Source: Yuukianura sp. NJ FZ-2021 (taxonomy: Eukaryota). Taken from it: a stretch of DNA of 64,000 nucleotides. Position 1 is the first letter of the stretch. The number at the start of each line of letters is the position of its first letter. The stretch lies in NCBI GenBank assembly GCA_046563655.1, contig CM102288.1, forward strand, positions 2,914,001 through 2,978,000, read 5' to 3'. A model generated the notes under the pieces. The model saw only the letters and a list, made by a program, of their open reading frames with translations. It was not told where the DNA came from and did not search any database. This document shows positions 1 through 13,664 of the stretch, in pieces. A program made the translations under genes and the position numbers.

Positions 1-736
1 GCTGGCGGTGTTTATCATGGAAAGCTGAAGTTCCCGACAGAGTTCCCGTTCAAACCACCCAGTATTTACATGATTACTCCCAATGGCAGGTAATTTCCGA
101 TCACTCATCTTTGGTGGATTTGTGAGCATCTAATCAGTACTTCAACCCTTAGGTTCAAGACGAATGTCCGCCTCTGTCTGTCCATTTCCGATTTTCATCC
201 TGATACATGGAATCCTGCTTGGTCCGTCGGTACTATACTTACTGGTCTTCTTTCCTTCATGGTACGTCCACGTACACCATTACACCGCCTTAGTTTCAAT
301 CCCGGTTTAATTCGTTTCTTAAATTTTTAGTTGGAAAAGAGCCCTACACTTGGATCTATCGAATCTTCAGACTTTGAGAAACGCTCTCTTGCCTACAAAT
401 CACTGGAATTCAATCTCAAGGACAAAGTTGTTCTAGAGCTTTTTCCTAATATTGCAGAGGTAATCCTAAGAACCAACTTAAAAGCAAAGGAGTCTGGCTA
501 ACCTTAAATGTTCCTTTCTTCAGGATATGAAATCAATTGTCACCGAACGAGCAATTATTGCTGCCAATACGGCCAGTCGTCCCTCTCCTTCATCTCCGAC
601 AGCTACTGAGGGAGTAATTGGTGAACCGCCGTCAAATCTCCAGTCAATGTTCGCCACCCTTTTGGTTGCAATTGGTGTCGCCCTGTTCGGATTTGCTGTA
701 AAGCACGTACTACGTTCAATCTCTTACGACGAGTAA
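1..736 (+). CDS. UBE2J2: Ubiquitin-conjugating enzyme E2 J2 (Ubc6-type), 3' exons; 5' end outside window
   Basis: Exons ~1-89, 153-261, 331-459 and 524-736 with GT-AG introns translate to [29 protein letters not shown] / [36 protein letters not shown] / [10 protein letters not shown]... The protein ends in a hydrophobic tail anchor ([18 protein letters not shown]). Confidence 0.9.
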
Positions 737-3700
737 CCACACTTCCTCCACCGTAACTTTATTTTGTCGAATCGCAAATTCCACGTTGTATCCTTGCGTA
801 AATTCAAATTAAGTCTAATGAATTATTCTCACCAAACCACTTATTTAAACTCTGAAAATCAGCAATGCAATTCTTTTAATTGGCTCCCTTTAAATCTAAA
901 TTTTTTAGAAATGTTTTATTTATAGTGGTGGTGCTAGGAATTCCTTTGTTTGCCGCAGTATTCTCCAAATTCAACTAAAAAATTTAACACAAAAAATAAA
1001 TTGAAACTCAATTTATTTTGTACGAAACTTTTCTAAACTTTTGCCTTTTCGAAGACACAAATTTTTCCGTTTTCGGTTTTAAAACCGATTTCCTGTCACA
1101 TAAACCAGAGTTGATTCTTTCTGAAATATGCATAAAGGTTTTCTTTAATAAGGGGGAAGTTGATGTTCGTTTTTACAGTCTCGTCTGCTTCCTTAACGTC
1201 AAGGCACCACACCCGGCTTAATGAGCTCCGAATTCGGAGTTTTAGAACTCTCCAGCCTAAAACCGAAAACGGGGGGAAGTTTTGATGAGAATGTTTGAGT
1301 CGTCCTAAACAAGATTTACGACTAACCCCTCATCTCATTAGTAATACGAGTGACTTTGGACGGAATAAGGGAGAGGGGGACCCTTTAATGACCTCATCTT
1401 CCTTGCTTCACAAAATTTTGAAGAAAAAAGACGTCTTGAACAAAATCTCCAAGGGCTCCGCCAAGCATCCCTTGGAGACTTTTTCAGAAATTGTTTTTCA
1501 AAAAATCAAAATCTTAGACAAGTCTTGGTTTTCCTTTTGTAAATTTAATTACTACCCGGAAAATTTCAGAGAAACTGTTTTAATTAAAACAGTTTTTCAA
1601 CTTTTTAGAACAGTATTCCTAATTTTCAAAACAGTTTTTCAATTTTTCAAACAAAACTTGAAAAACTTGTGATTCATACAGTGTGGTACCTTGAAAACTT
1701 GTTCTTCTGTTATTTTTTTTTCTAGAAGTGATTGACATGTCACCGAAACCTAACATTTGCTAACCTCCTAGGCAGAAGACGTGTGATTTTAAGCGGATTT
1801 GTTCGAAAACTTTTTTTTTCTAAACGGACCTGTTCTAAAAGTTTTCTAGGCAGTACATAGTGACATGATCTTCGTCGTTGGAGATGCTGCCGGGAGAAGA
1901 CGAGAGAGTGAAGGCTATCAGTTTTCCTTAAGATCCCTGCCAAGAAGAAGACAAACAATCCAAAACCAAAGACGACACCTAAACTCCTTTTGTTCAAACC
2001 GCAAAACACCGAAACGATCTTCCTCTTTTTTAAAAAACGGTTTTAAAAATGTAAAGTTCCAGATCAAGTCATTTCAAGCTCCATTGACTTTCTCTGGGAA
2101 AGCAAATAAACAAAAGTAACGTCCAAAAAACTAATTAACCAAGCATAAAGCCACAGGCTTCTGAGTTAACCTAAACAAATCCTGTTCTAAATTTTTTAAA
2201 ACACATTTTTTGTTTGAACTGTTCCAAAATGGAGCTTCCTCATCAGTGATTCTTGGATGTCTCTCATCATCTTACGTCTTTAGTTGTTCTTGGAAGACTT
2301 CTTTTTCTTTAGTGGAACTTGCTTAGTAGTGACACTGCACAATCACTTTGTGCTGACAACGACAGAACAAAAGGAAGTTGAAAACTATTTTTAAAACTAA
2401 ATTCTAAGAAGAGAATTTTTAGAACAAGGGGTACTGCTAGTACGAAGGAACGCTAAAATTAATTTACATCTATAGAATGTATCATCATCTTAATTAATTA
2501 GTCTCCCTGCTTCTAATTTAAAAAAACTGATCTGCTTTTCATCCCTTTTTACTCCCATTTCTGTTTCAAAGGCCAAATTTCTCCGCCATGTACTCCTTTT
2601 CTTGTTTTTTTGTCTAAATTTTTGTAAATTTTCTTAGATTTGTCCTTCTTTCAGCACCAAATTATAAGTTGTTTCTAATGGATGAGGAAGTTCGTAATTT
2701 TTTTGAAATTGAATTTAAAATTTGATTTTTTTTTCAGTTTCTCTCTTTTCGATTTTATTTTCTTAAGATTTTCGTTTGAGTTTTTTAAAAGACGATTGAA
2801 TGGTAGTGTGTTGTGCCAAAACGGATAAAAATGTCAAAGGAATAACCTCAACCAGACAAAAATCAGCGTTAGTTTGAAACGAACAGTTTCAAGTGAGGAG
2901 CAGCTTTTTAAAGGTTGAAGCTTTTTGAAAGGTTGCAAGCTTTTGCAAGGTTGAAGCTTTTGAAAGGTTGCAGCTTTTTAAAAACAAAAATGAAAATCTC
3001 ATTTTTGGAGAGTCACAGATCATCAATTTTTAGGATGTTTTCGGTTTGGGGGAAACCGGAACTGCGAAATTTGTTACCCAAATGTTTACTCCTCCCTTTG
3101 AAATGTTTCGAATTGAGCACAGAAAAAAAACAAAAATTTGGTAGTTTTTCACAACTTTTCAAGCTTTTCAATTTTTCACAACTTTTGTTTTACAAAAAAA
3201 AATAGTTTTAAAGAAACTAAAATGTTTTTCAGATGTAATGCGATTACGCCGTTCACTTTCATTTGTGTTCGTTTTTTCACCATTCTACAAAGTAAAAAAA
3301 AAATATTTTTTTGACTGTCTCTTTGTGAAAAATTCAATGGAATTTTATGCCAAGTAAAAGTGATTTAAATCTGCAAAGACAAACATGTACTTGAGAATTT
3401 AAGTGTTGAAGGATGTGATTTCATATCCGTTGAACTTGTCTTATTTGCTTTTCAATTGTTTTTGTGCCGAACTGGAAATTACTTTTTGTAAAGCAGAATG
3501 TTTCGGATGAAAAAAAACGAGTACAATTTTGGTGCTGAGGCAGCTGTATCTTCATCATCTCAGAAACGCAGTATTTTCATTTCCTTTTTTCATTTTTTGT
3601 TTTCATTTTTCGAAAAAGTGAAATTTAATACACCCTGAGAGGGTGGGAGACTAGTGTAAGAGACGCTATCAATTTTCATTACAAGTCGACCGAATCACAA

Positions 3701-3971
3701 AATGACTTCAGCACTTCACACAGTCATGAGTGTACTTTAATTAAACGAAGTTTAAAACATTTCAAAAATTTGTAGCCCAAAAAAGTCAAGTAGAAAAAAT
3801 TGACGCGAATTTATTTAGGTGAAGCTGAAAATAGTTTTTACACATTTCAAAATCCTTTAGTTTTAGTTTTACACTGGGTTCGTCACAAAAATATAATTAA
3901 AAATTCAATTTATCAATAATTATTATATTATTATTCTAATAATTACATTTAAATATGAAGTGTTTCGGTTT

Positions 3972-6158
3972 TTATTGTTGCTGTTCCTCTTCCCAAGCTC
4001 CTTCCATTCTCCACATATTGAAGGCATAAGACAGGCGGTCATACGCTAAAAAATTGGCACTAGACGGACCGTCGTCTCGCAAAACCTAAACAAACGGAAA
4101 ATCATTGAATTTATGAAAAAAAAATGATAGGAAATTATAATTTATCGAAAAAAAATTTTTAGAAATCTGTGGAATTTGAAAATAAAATGGATTATAATTA
4201 GCAATTTAAAAAGAAAGCGTCAAAAATATCTGCACTAGCAATCTGCCACTCACAAATTTCCATAAAATTTGTACCCCGAAATTAACGAGAGGAAAGTTAT
4301 CACGAACACATCAGGGGGAATTATGATAATTTAAAACGAAATAAATATTATTATATATTAATTAAAATAATAAAATAAGTTACCGTATAGAGGAAGTCGA
4401 TGTACTTGGAAGCCAGTTTGAGTGTCATGATTTTTGAGAGTTTGTCTGAGGGGAGGGTGGGGATGAGTTTTCTCAATGAAGCGAAGGCGTCATTCAAACT
4501 CTGTGTTCTCTGGCGCTCTCTAATGTTGGCCGTAATTCGCTGCTCTCCCAAAGCCACCCATAATTTCAAACAAACATGATTAGGATTCCAAAACTTAAAA
4601 AACTAAAACAAAGTTCAAACTCAAAAATGTATTCGTGTCTTGTGTCTATTACTTTGAAACAGTTAAAAAAAATACTTAAGGTGATCGAATACCCTGGAAA
4701 CGGGGGGTCAAAATGCGGCTGTAACTGATCAAATGAAAAATCGTGGGGATCAGCGTAGGAAGGTCGTAGAATGACCCACAATATATCAAACTTTAGGAAA
4801 AGACTTGATCTAGTATCCTGTTGAAAAAAAATTACAAAATTTTAGTTCTATCTATGTAAATATGGAGGTGGAATGTTTGGGTCAATTTTTTTCACAGTTA
4901 GAACTAAAATTTTCTATTTTTTTTTCAACAGGATACTAGATCAGGTCTTTTCCTAAAGTTTGATATACTGTGGGTCATTGTACGACCTTCCTACGCTGAT
5001 CCCCACGATTTTTCATTTTCAATGTCGCAGTCTAAGAAAACTTATTTACAAAACCCAGACGACGGCAACCGAACTTGAGTCAGTATTTTGTTTGTTTGAA
5101 AGTGCATACTTTTTTGACCATCATTGCACTGATCGTTTTTCACATGAGTGTTGCTTTCTGTCGATGTCTGCAACTTTTACTAACTACACAAGTTCGGTTA
5201 TCGTGGTTACTAAATTTAACAACTGTTGTTAATTAGACGCATAGCACACGTCCTTAAGTGTTATGGTTCAAAATAAAAAGAAATGAAGACGAGCGGATGT
5301 ATTTTATTTGATAAGATGCTGGCACTTGGCCCACAACATTTCTTTCATCTCCTCCTCAGAATCAAAATTTAAAAAAAACTAATCTAATCAAGTCTAATGA
5401 GACTCATACTTAATTATTATTAACAAGAGAGAAGGAGATGAAAGAAAAGCAAACCAGAGCTGCCAAAACATCATCATTATGAAACGGAATTCAATTTTTA
5501 AAAAAAGCTAATAAAAAAATAACGTTGATTTTTCAACGAAATCGGATTTCAGTCGACTATTTGGAAAATACTAGATTTTGAACTTTTCAAAGAGAAAGTT
5601 GGAGAAAGTTGATGAAATTTTGTGAAAATTGTAAAATTTCAACACCGATTTAAAAACTTTGCGAAACTGTCGTAGTACTTGACGCCAAAAAAAAAAACTG
5701 AAATTTTCGGATTGGCGTGAAACTTTTACAGAAAATTTATGTAGCGTCTTTAAAAAAGACTTTCTTTTCGACATTTTAAACGAAAATTTTGGAAGAAAAC
5801 ACTTTTTTTTTTTATTATAAAATTTTTTTTTGCATATAAAATGACACTCCAGTCTCACCTGGTTTTGAATTTCATCGAAAGTGGATTTTCTGGCAACCAA
5901 ATTTTTCTTTTTTCCGGGCGTCCTTCTGGTTTTTTTGAGTGTGGAGGTAACACTACTGCTTAGAGATTCGATTTTTGTTGATTTTGATGCTCCGTTACCA
6001 TGGTTACCACCCGCATGACACTCAGAATCATCTGAAAAATTTACACTGGACTCAGTAAAGTACGAATCGTATGAAAGTCTGTCTGGGGAAATCCGTTCTG
6101 GTTTAATTTCGTTTCCAAAGTAAAGTATTTCCGTTGAACTAAAATCTTCTGTAGCCAT
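3972..6158 (-). CDS. twi: Twist bHLH transcription factor (3 coding exons: 6158-5859, 4539-4384, 4085-3972)
   Basis: The spliced translation gives ...[65 protein letters not shown]...[17 protein letters not shown]. This is the Twist bHLH plus the C-terminal WR motif. Confidence 0.93.
4731..5018. repeat. Long inverted repeat (~120-bp arms, ~48-bp spacer) in twist intron 1; probable MITE/foldback element
   Basis: 4731-4850 (AAATGAAAAATCGTGGGGATCAGCGTAGGAAGGTCGTA...TTTAGTTCTA) is the reverse complement of 4899-5018 with few mismatches. Confidence 0.85.
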
Positions 6159-8527
6159 TTTCAAAATTTTTAATTGTCTCTTTTTTCTCAAAATTTCAAC
6201 TTCCTTCCTTGCACTTCTCTGCTCTTGTTGACTTTTTGATCTGGACTAAACCGAAACTGCTCCGAGAAAACCGTTTTAAAATTTATTTTTGGTCCCCGAG
6301 AGATCTTTCAGTCTCTCCCGACTCCGAACGCAAGTTGAGTCGCAAGAAGAACAAGAAAGCTTCTCAAATGAAGAAAAACTTCTTCTTGTTTTGAAAAAAG
6401 CAAAAAAAAAATGTCTCGTTTCGAAAATGAAAAAAAAAGTTGATGAATGGGAACAATTGTTTGAGACGGACCCCTACAGCGGCAGCTGTCCTTTGCCAAT
6501 AGCCCTTCTAACTTTTTTCTACGAATCTAAAACAAGGAAAACCAAAATTTCAACTGCCCAAAACCTCCACAATTTTTTTTTTCTCCAACTTTTTCAAAAT
6601 GTTGAAATTTCTGTCACCATGCTGGTTCTTAAACGCTTCAAAAACCCACTTAACTCTACACCCATCTCCCATTCATTAACAAAAACAAAACAATTCTATT
6701 CCCAATTGGAATTGAAGCATTTTCTTACTTTCACAAAATTTTTAACAAGATTTTTCAAAAATTCGGTGTTTTTGGAGTTTTATGGACTTTCACAACTAAT
6801 GAACCGATTCACGTGCATTTTGTAGGAGCTGTTAAACATTGATTGTGAAACTGAACTAGACGGTTTTTCGCTTGTCCTCGTCCTGTGTCCAAATTGAGTC
6901 GTTTCCTGAATCATTTATTTCACCTGACATTTTCACCCGGGAGGGAAGCAGGACGTAGGGTAGGTAACTCCCAGAATAGGCGTACTCTACACTTTCATTT
7001 GCTCATCCAAACAGTCTTTGCAGTTCAGAAATCATGGGACTCCGCCTTATTTGGATTTGGATTCAGCCAGGACTTTCACCACCTTTCACCCAAACACTCA
7101 CAAAGTCACACCAACACAACTTCTTCTTTCAACGAAAGCAGAGAAAGTAACAGCTTAAAAAAATAACACAAAAAATCCAAAGTTACGTCGATGTGAGTGT
7201 AAAATTTTGCAGACGTTCTGTAGATTTTGTAGTGAAATTTTGAAGAAAAAAGCTAAGTTTAAACTTCGTTCAAATCATTAAGTGATTATTTAAAAAGTCA
7301 TCCCATAAGTGAAAGTTTTCCTACGCTTTTTTTGCATAACACACCTGAGGTAAGTTGACTGTTCTTAAAATTTTTTCATTTCTCATTTTGAATTTTTTTT
7401 CAAAAGCTAAGCTGTGCCTCGTGCCTGCCTGGCATTGTTTTTTCTGAAATTTTTTCTCAGAATCAAATATTTTATTTCTTTGTTCATAGCTTGAACCACT
7501 TTTTTCGTACTGTAGCTGCTGGTGGTGGTGATTAATTTTTGATTCAGAGTTAATGAGTCCCTCAATGTCTCCTTGCGTAATAATTGATGAACTGTTTGGG
7601 TAGGGAAGTGGGCCATAACATATGCATATTGCATATATTAAGTTGAACTTTGGTTATTGTTATACTAACTTATATGTTACAGGGAGGTGGGGGATGAGGG
7701 TGAATTAATTGGATGTGAACTTATCACCTGCTTCAACACATGGAACACTTTCACTTTTACCAAAGAAAGTGAGGGTGTACACTTTCCCCTACTTTACACC
7801 TGTTAAAGCCTAAATTACACCATGATTAAACCAAATACACAAAACACACGTCACACACACGCAACTTAATCAACTCCACTTACATCACGATTTTTATACA
7901 AACACTTCAACATAAGCACGAAACAGGTTGATTTTTATTTTCGGAACGTCTAAATTCAATGTAGAAATCAATCACTCTCGACATGTCTCTACAAAAATTA
8001 AGTTATAAATTAAATCCAACCGCAACAACAATGCTAACTTTCTGTACTTTAGCACACACACTTTCACTTTATCATCAAATTCACGTTTATGCAAAGAAAT
8101 AAATTATTTCTGCATTATTTTAAATAATGCAACATCTTCACGCCATACAAAAATTTTTATTAATTTTTGCACCCGCTTTTGTGATTTAAAACTTTGAAAG
8201 AAGAAAGTCATAAAAATAGTTTTATACAGCGTTTTCCTTACCCATTTTTCTGGCATTTTAATAATTTCTAAAAATTCAAAATTTTGGTTTTCTCCAATTC
8301 TAAGGCAACAAATAATCGAAGCAGATAAGTATTTTGAAAATGAGAGACATCATAAAATTTGAGAGAAGTTTTGTACTGCTACACGCGTTAATTGTCACCT
8401 CAATTTGTCTCACAAAACTCCGGTTTTGAAATATCTTTTCAAATAGTTTATTTTTTCAAAATTTGTTGTTGGACAATCAATATAAGTTAGATTTCACGAG
8501 TTTTCCCAAAATTTTACGGTGAAGATA

Positions 8528-10591
8528 ATGTTTCCTCGACGTACGAAAAGTGACTATGGACGGCTCGTTCCAAAACCAACGGAAGAAGGGGACGAGGCGT
8601 ACTTGGATGAGCATTTAGACGATGCCATTCCAATTCAAGACCAACTTGATTCAATTGCAGTCAAAATTCAACTCAAAGGTGTCCAAAAATTTACTCTAAG
8701 GCAAACTGTTCAACAAAAAAGATGCCAAAAAAATCACAGTTTTTACAAATTTTTTGAAAAGAGTTGTACAACAATGTACTGAAGGATGAACTGGAAGAAA
8801 CGAAGGCCGGTGCGACAACAATTCTCAAAGACTTGCGTGCCGAAACAGACAAACTTCGTTCCGAATTGGTCGAAGCTTTAAATGCTGCCAAAAGAGCAGT
8901 GCAAAAGGCACTGCGCAGTCACCGCGAATTCCAACTGGCCATGACAGATCGAATGCCTGACGTAATTTATTCAAAATTTTGAAAATCTTTTAAAAAATTT
9001 AAAATTTTTGGATTTTGAAATTGAAGATAGCCATTCCATGGTTGGATGACAAATTGTGGGACATTAGTAGACGAATCAACATGTACGAAGCCAACTTGGT
9101 TGAAAAACGAAAAAAGCTGGAATCCGCTGAGCGATTGGTTGAGCAAATCGAACGCTGGCCACGCCCAGGCACGCTTCCTTGGGAAATTGAAGCAATTGAG
9201 AAATTCCATAATTACGAAAGTCGAATTGAACATTTGAGAGTCAAATTGGAAACGGCAAATATCCTGTTTGATAAATACTCGGAAATCGCTTACGTTTTGA
9301 AACAGGAACGTGGAAAGTATCAACCAATCATCGCAACAATTGACGATCAGTTGCGAATATTTAGCAAAGAACTTTCAGATTTGCAAAAAACGATTCAGGA
9401 AGCAGTTCGGGTAAAAGTTTGCAAAAAATTCCTAATTTCTTGTTGTCATATTTTCAAAGTTTTGAAATTCAGAACTTTCTCATGAGCAGTTCCGGGACTC
9501 TGCAATGCGGAATTACATTCAAACACAAAAGGAAGCCACAGAAAATCGACGGCGTCGAAAAATTCAAATGGTCAAAATGAAAACCGCGGTTCGACGGGTT
9601 TTGGAATCTTCGGCCAACATGATGGCCGCTACGGCACCAGGGGCTGAAGGGGCTAGAAAACGACGTGAATTTGGTAGTCGCAAGTCAACTATTACCGATT
9701 CTACTTTGGCCCTTGGAGTATTCACGGAATTGATACGCTACAAGCGCGCGGAAATTGAAAAGTTTCAAGATCGTTCAAGTCGACTCGTGGAAACAATGCG
9801 TGTACCGGACTTGACGTTTATACCGGTTCGGTTTCAAAGTGTCATGTCACTTGGAGAGCGTCTTCGACTCGAACTGTTGGCCAAAGAAGATTTACTTCAT
9901 GCTCAAATTCACCAAAAAGCTCAACTTAACATTCTTCTTGCCCATTTTACCTATACTGGACACAGCGTTGCAAAAGAGTATGAAAAATATAACAAAAATT
10001 AACCTTTGACCTTCGACCTCTTAAGTCTTAATTTGTAGCTTCCAAGTCCGTCGTGATCTGTTTCTGGAAGGACTTGAAGAAATTCGTGCCGGCATCCGGG
10101 AATTAGAAGATCAGCAACACCGAATTGGCGAAACCGTCGTGAAAATCCGGATCGGTTCGTTACGGATTTTGGAACAGTTGGAAAATCGCGGGAAAGTGGC
10201 ACTCCGTTTTCACGCCGATATTTTCACGACGCTGAAACTGATTTCAGACAAAATCAGAGAATTGATAAATCGCAACGCTGAATTGAACCAAATTGTTGGT
10301 AAAACTGATGCCGAAAGAAACTATTCACTATACGTCAAGGATCCACCTTTACCAACGCGTCTTCTGCGCGTAGTAGACTCTGGTGCAGAAGAGTCCGGGG
10401 ATTCAGATGCAGGTTGACAAAAACACCGAAATCCAAAAATTCGGTTTTTCAAAATTGTCAAACCTTAAAATTTTTTGACTTGTAATGTAGACGAAGGAGT
10501 CGTCGATACCAAAGTGGCCAGTCGGTTGGAAATGAAAGCCAGAAGTCTTCGGTTCATTCGACATGCTAAAATTCGACGCGGCCTTCGCTAA
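8528..10591 (+). CDS. Uncharacterised coiled-coil-rich protein (multi-exon, roughly 500+ aa)
   Basis: ORF segments 8519, 8764, 9015, 9505 and 10139 plus a last exon (DEGVVDTKVASRLEMKARSLRFIRHAKIRRGLR*, stop 10589-10591) are separated by short GT-AG introns. Composition is E/K/R/L-rich and heptad-like. No family recognised. Confidence 0.65.
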
Positions 10592-11082
10592 AAACAAGTT
10601 CATTCCTGAAAATTTTCAAATTTTTTGATTGTTCAGTTGATTTTGATTTTGAATAAAGTTTAGAAATAAAATTTTAGGTTTCAAGTTTTAGAAAAAAAAT
10701 GAATTGAATTAGAATCAGAAGAGAACATCACACTAAACTGAAGGTTTCTATCACTGTCTTAGGTAATTTCGTTTTAATTTTTGTATTTGGTTTTAAAATT
10801 TTGATTCTTTGTTTCGAAATTTGACTTTCAAAAAACAGGAGTGAGGATTGGAAAGGGGTCGATGTAATGACTCAATAATTCTGTCTTGTCAGTTTGACTT
10901 TTCCCTCTCCACAATTTTCATGTCCAAATGCCACTTTCTCCCGTGCTTTCCCCCTTGCCTTCCAGAAACCTTATAATTTAAGCCACATTTTGTGTTGCCA
11001 AATGTTGACATCCACATAATTACAAAGTCATTTTTTATTTAGACTTTCACTCTTTCCAAAAACCGAACCGATACGATCCGAC

Positions 11083-13377
11083 ATGGAAGGGAGTTCGGGA
11101 TTGCGTGAAGTGGAGTGTCGTGTCTGTGGTGACAAGGCTTCTGGAAAACACTACGGAGTTCCTTCGTGTGACGGATGTCGCGGATTTTTCAAAAGATCCA
11201 TTCGCAGGTCAGCAATATACTTGACCTTAAGCATAAAAAAGTTTCAAAATTTCGAAAAATCAGTTTTTTTTTTTGAAAATCTATTTGTATTTGTGTTCCT
11301 TTTAGAAATTTGGACTACGTTTGCAAAGAAGCCGGGACGTGCGTAGTGGACGTGACACGTCGGAACCAATGTCAATCTTGTCGTTTCAAAAAATGCTTAA
11401 AAGTGAACATGAAACGTGACGGTGAGTAAGGAGCCCTTAAACCTTTAACCTTAAGTACCCCCTTCCATAAAGTAGTTTTCAGTTAATAATTAAGGGCAGA
11501 GGGCCCTTAGAAGTCATGTTGTGACATGGCCCTCTCCCCTCCTGCATGAGAACTGGTCCACCTGTCTCCGCAGTTACAAAATCCAAGTGACTTTGATTCC
11601 GAAAAAGCTTCACCCCTCAGCACGAAGCCCATTAATCAATCATTACTCAAATCCAAGCCAAGGGCCCCCTAAAGGACACCTTTTGGCCTGAAGTGGGCCC
11701 TTAACACCTCCCTTGGCTATGCTAGGCACTTCTGTTTCTGTTATTTTTGGCGTGCTGAAAAGAGGGCTTTTGGGACTTTGTTTGTGGAGCCATTAGGCGA
11801 CTTTTGTCGTGGGTGAAAGTGAAACTGTCACCAACACCCGCTCACTTCACACGTCTCCCGTTAAAACTTTCACCACTTCACAATGCTCAAACTTTCACAA
11901 CCCCTCCACTTGTGACAGAAGTGAGTCTTTTAAGCCACAAAGAATGAGGGATTTGAAGATGAATGTGAATTTGATTGTTCCATTAGATCCCACAAAAGAC
12001 CAATTTAAACTAAAGGAAAACAGTTTTCGAGAAGTTTTCAAGTTTTGATTTTTCAATTTTGAAAAAATTTAAAGTCTTTTACAAAAATTCCCTCCCTAGC
12101 ACTCAAAACTTCAAATTTTTATTAGTTGGTAGCCACTTCACAAATGAGACGAATTGAATTTTTTTTTGTTTGAAAAATATACATTTTGAAATTCTGAACA
12201 ATGGTCTAACTCGTGGTTTATTTTTTATTTTTTCCCTGTTTAGCAGTACAACATGAACGAGCACCGCGGGCCAGCGGTCTCCACGGTGCAGCCAAAAGCG
12301 GTCGTCTGCCTCTCTTTCAGCCGTTTCCTGGCCACGGTCCTGGAAGTGGCCTGTACTACCCGCATTCTTCTTCCGGAGCAATACTTGGCAGCAGTTCGTT
12401 CAAACTTCCACACAGTTCAAGTAGTGGCGCTGGAAACGCTGGATTCTACATGAGTCCCAATGCATTTCTCCATCATCCATTCCACAATGGTCGTATTTTT
12501 CCGCTCCCGGGAGGTTTTAGGATGCTGGACATGGGGGACGCTGGGGAAAGTCAAGGTCACGTGAAAGACAAGTCTCCACCAATGAGCACTCGGGAAGAAG
12601 AAGTATCCACGACGACAAGCGTCGAACCACCACTGGACATCTACCCGTTGCCGCCATCTTTGAATTCAACTGAGTCCGTGTATGAATCTGCCGCCAAATT
12701 CCTGTTCCTCAGCATCAAGTGGGCTAGAAGCGTTCCTAGCTTTATCAGCGTAAGCCAAAAATCAGCATTTCAGCGTATCAGTATTCTAAAATCAGCGATT
12801 TTAGAAACAAGTTTGTTTTAATTCTTGTTTTTGATAATTTCAGCTCTCCGCCAGCGATCAGGCGACGCTGCTCGAGAACTCCTGGGCAGAACTGTTCATT
12901 CTAAGTGCTGTCCAATGGGGGCTGATTCTGGACGAAGGCTTTATGCAGGGCAAAGGTCACCGTGACGTCGTCAACGCCCGAAGGCTAATGGACATTCTGG
13001 CTCGTGTGGTCACCTTACACCCAGATCACACCGAGCTGGCTTGTCTCAAGGCCGTTGTGCTGTTCAAACCAGGTAAACACCCGCGAGACTTCAAATTTAA
13101 TTTTAAGTTGACATTTGACCTTGACTGGACAGAGGTCGTGTCACTCTCGGCTGAACTGCGCGTAGAAGTGCTCCAGGAACAAACACTGCTGATGCTCCAG
13201 GAATATGTCAATGCCAAGTCACCTCTCCAGAAAATCAGATTTGGCAAACTACTTTTACTGTTCTCCAGCCTCAAGTCTTTGTCCAGTTTGGATTTGGAGC
13301 AACTTTTTTTCAAACACACCGTTGGAGACGTCTCAATTCAAAAACTGATCTCAGACCTAGTCAAATCCAATTTCTAA
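11083..13377 (+). CDS. NR2E6: Nuclear receptor of the NR2E group, most like NR2E6 (PNR-like)
   Basis: C4 [81 protein letters not shown] (P-box CDGCRG). LBD motifs: [60 protein letters not shown]. Confidence 0.85.
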
Positions 13378-13664
13378 AAAAGTCGAGAATTTTGAAAAAA
13401 GACGTTTTGAATAAACCCGAGTTTCAAAATTTCTAGTTGAATGTATTTGAAAACAAAAATGAGAAGCCTAAGGACAAGAACCTGTCCCTATTTTAAATGT
13501 GCTTTGTAACGTATTGAACTTTGACAGCCTTTTAGGGGACTTAGGAGAGACAAGAAGTTTCTAACGAGAAGTGGGAATTGAACAATACAAAACTAGGGAA
13601 CATAAGTTACATGAATACGGAATTTAAGTTTTTAGCGGTTGAAATTGCTCTAATTTGTGGATGT

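Noticed and set aside
2900..2982. ~17-bp degenerate tandem repeat (AAGGTTG(C)AAGCTTTT) and the overlapping 96-aa ORF
   Set aside because: Low-complexity minisatellite; the ORF has no protein-like features.
6200..8400. Dorsal/NF-kB sites upstream of twist; ORF 6289-6825
   Set aside because: I saw no convincing GGGWWWWCC cluster, only isolated E-boxes. The ORF is an AT-rich antisense reading of the twist 5'/promoter region.
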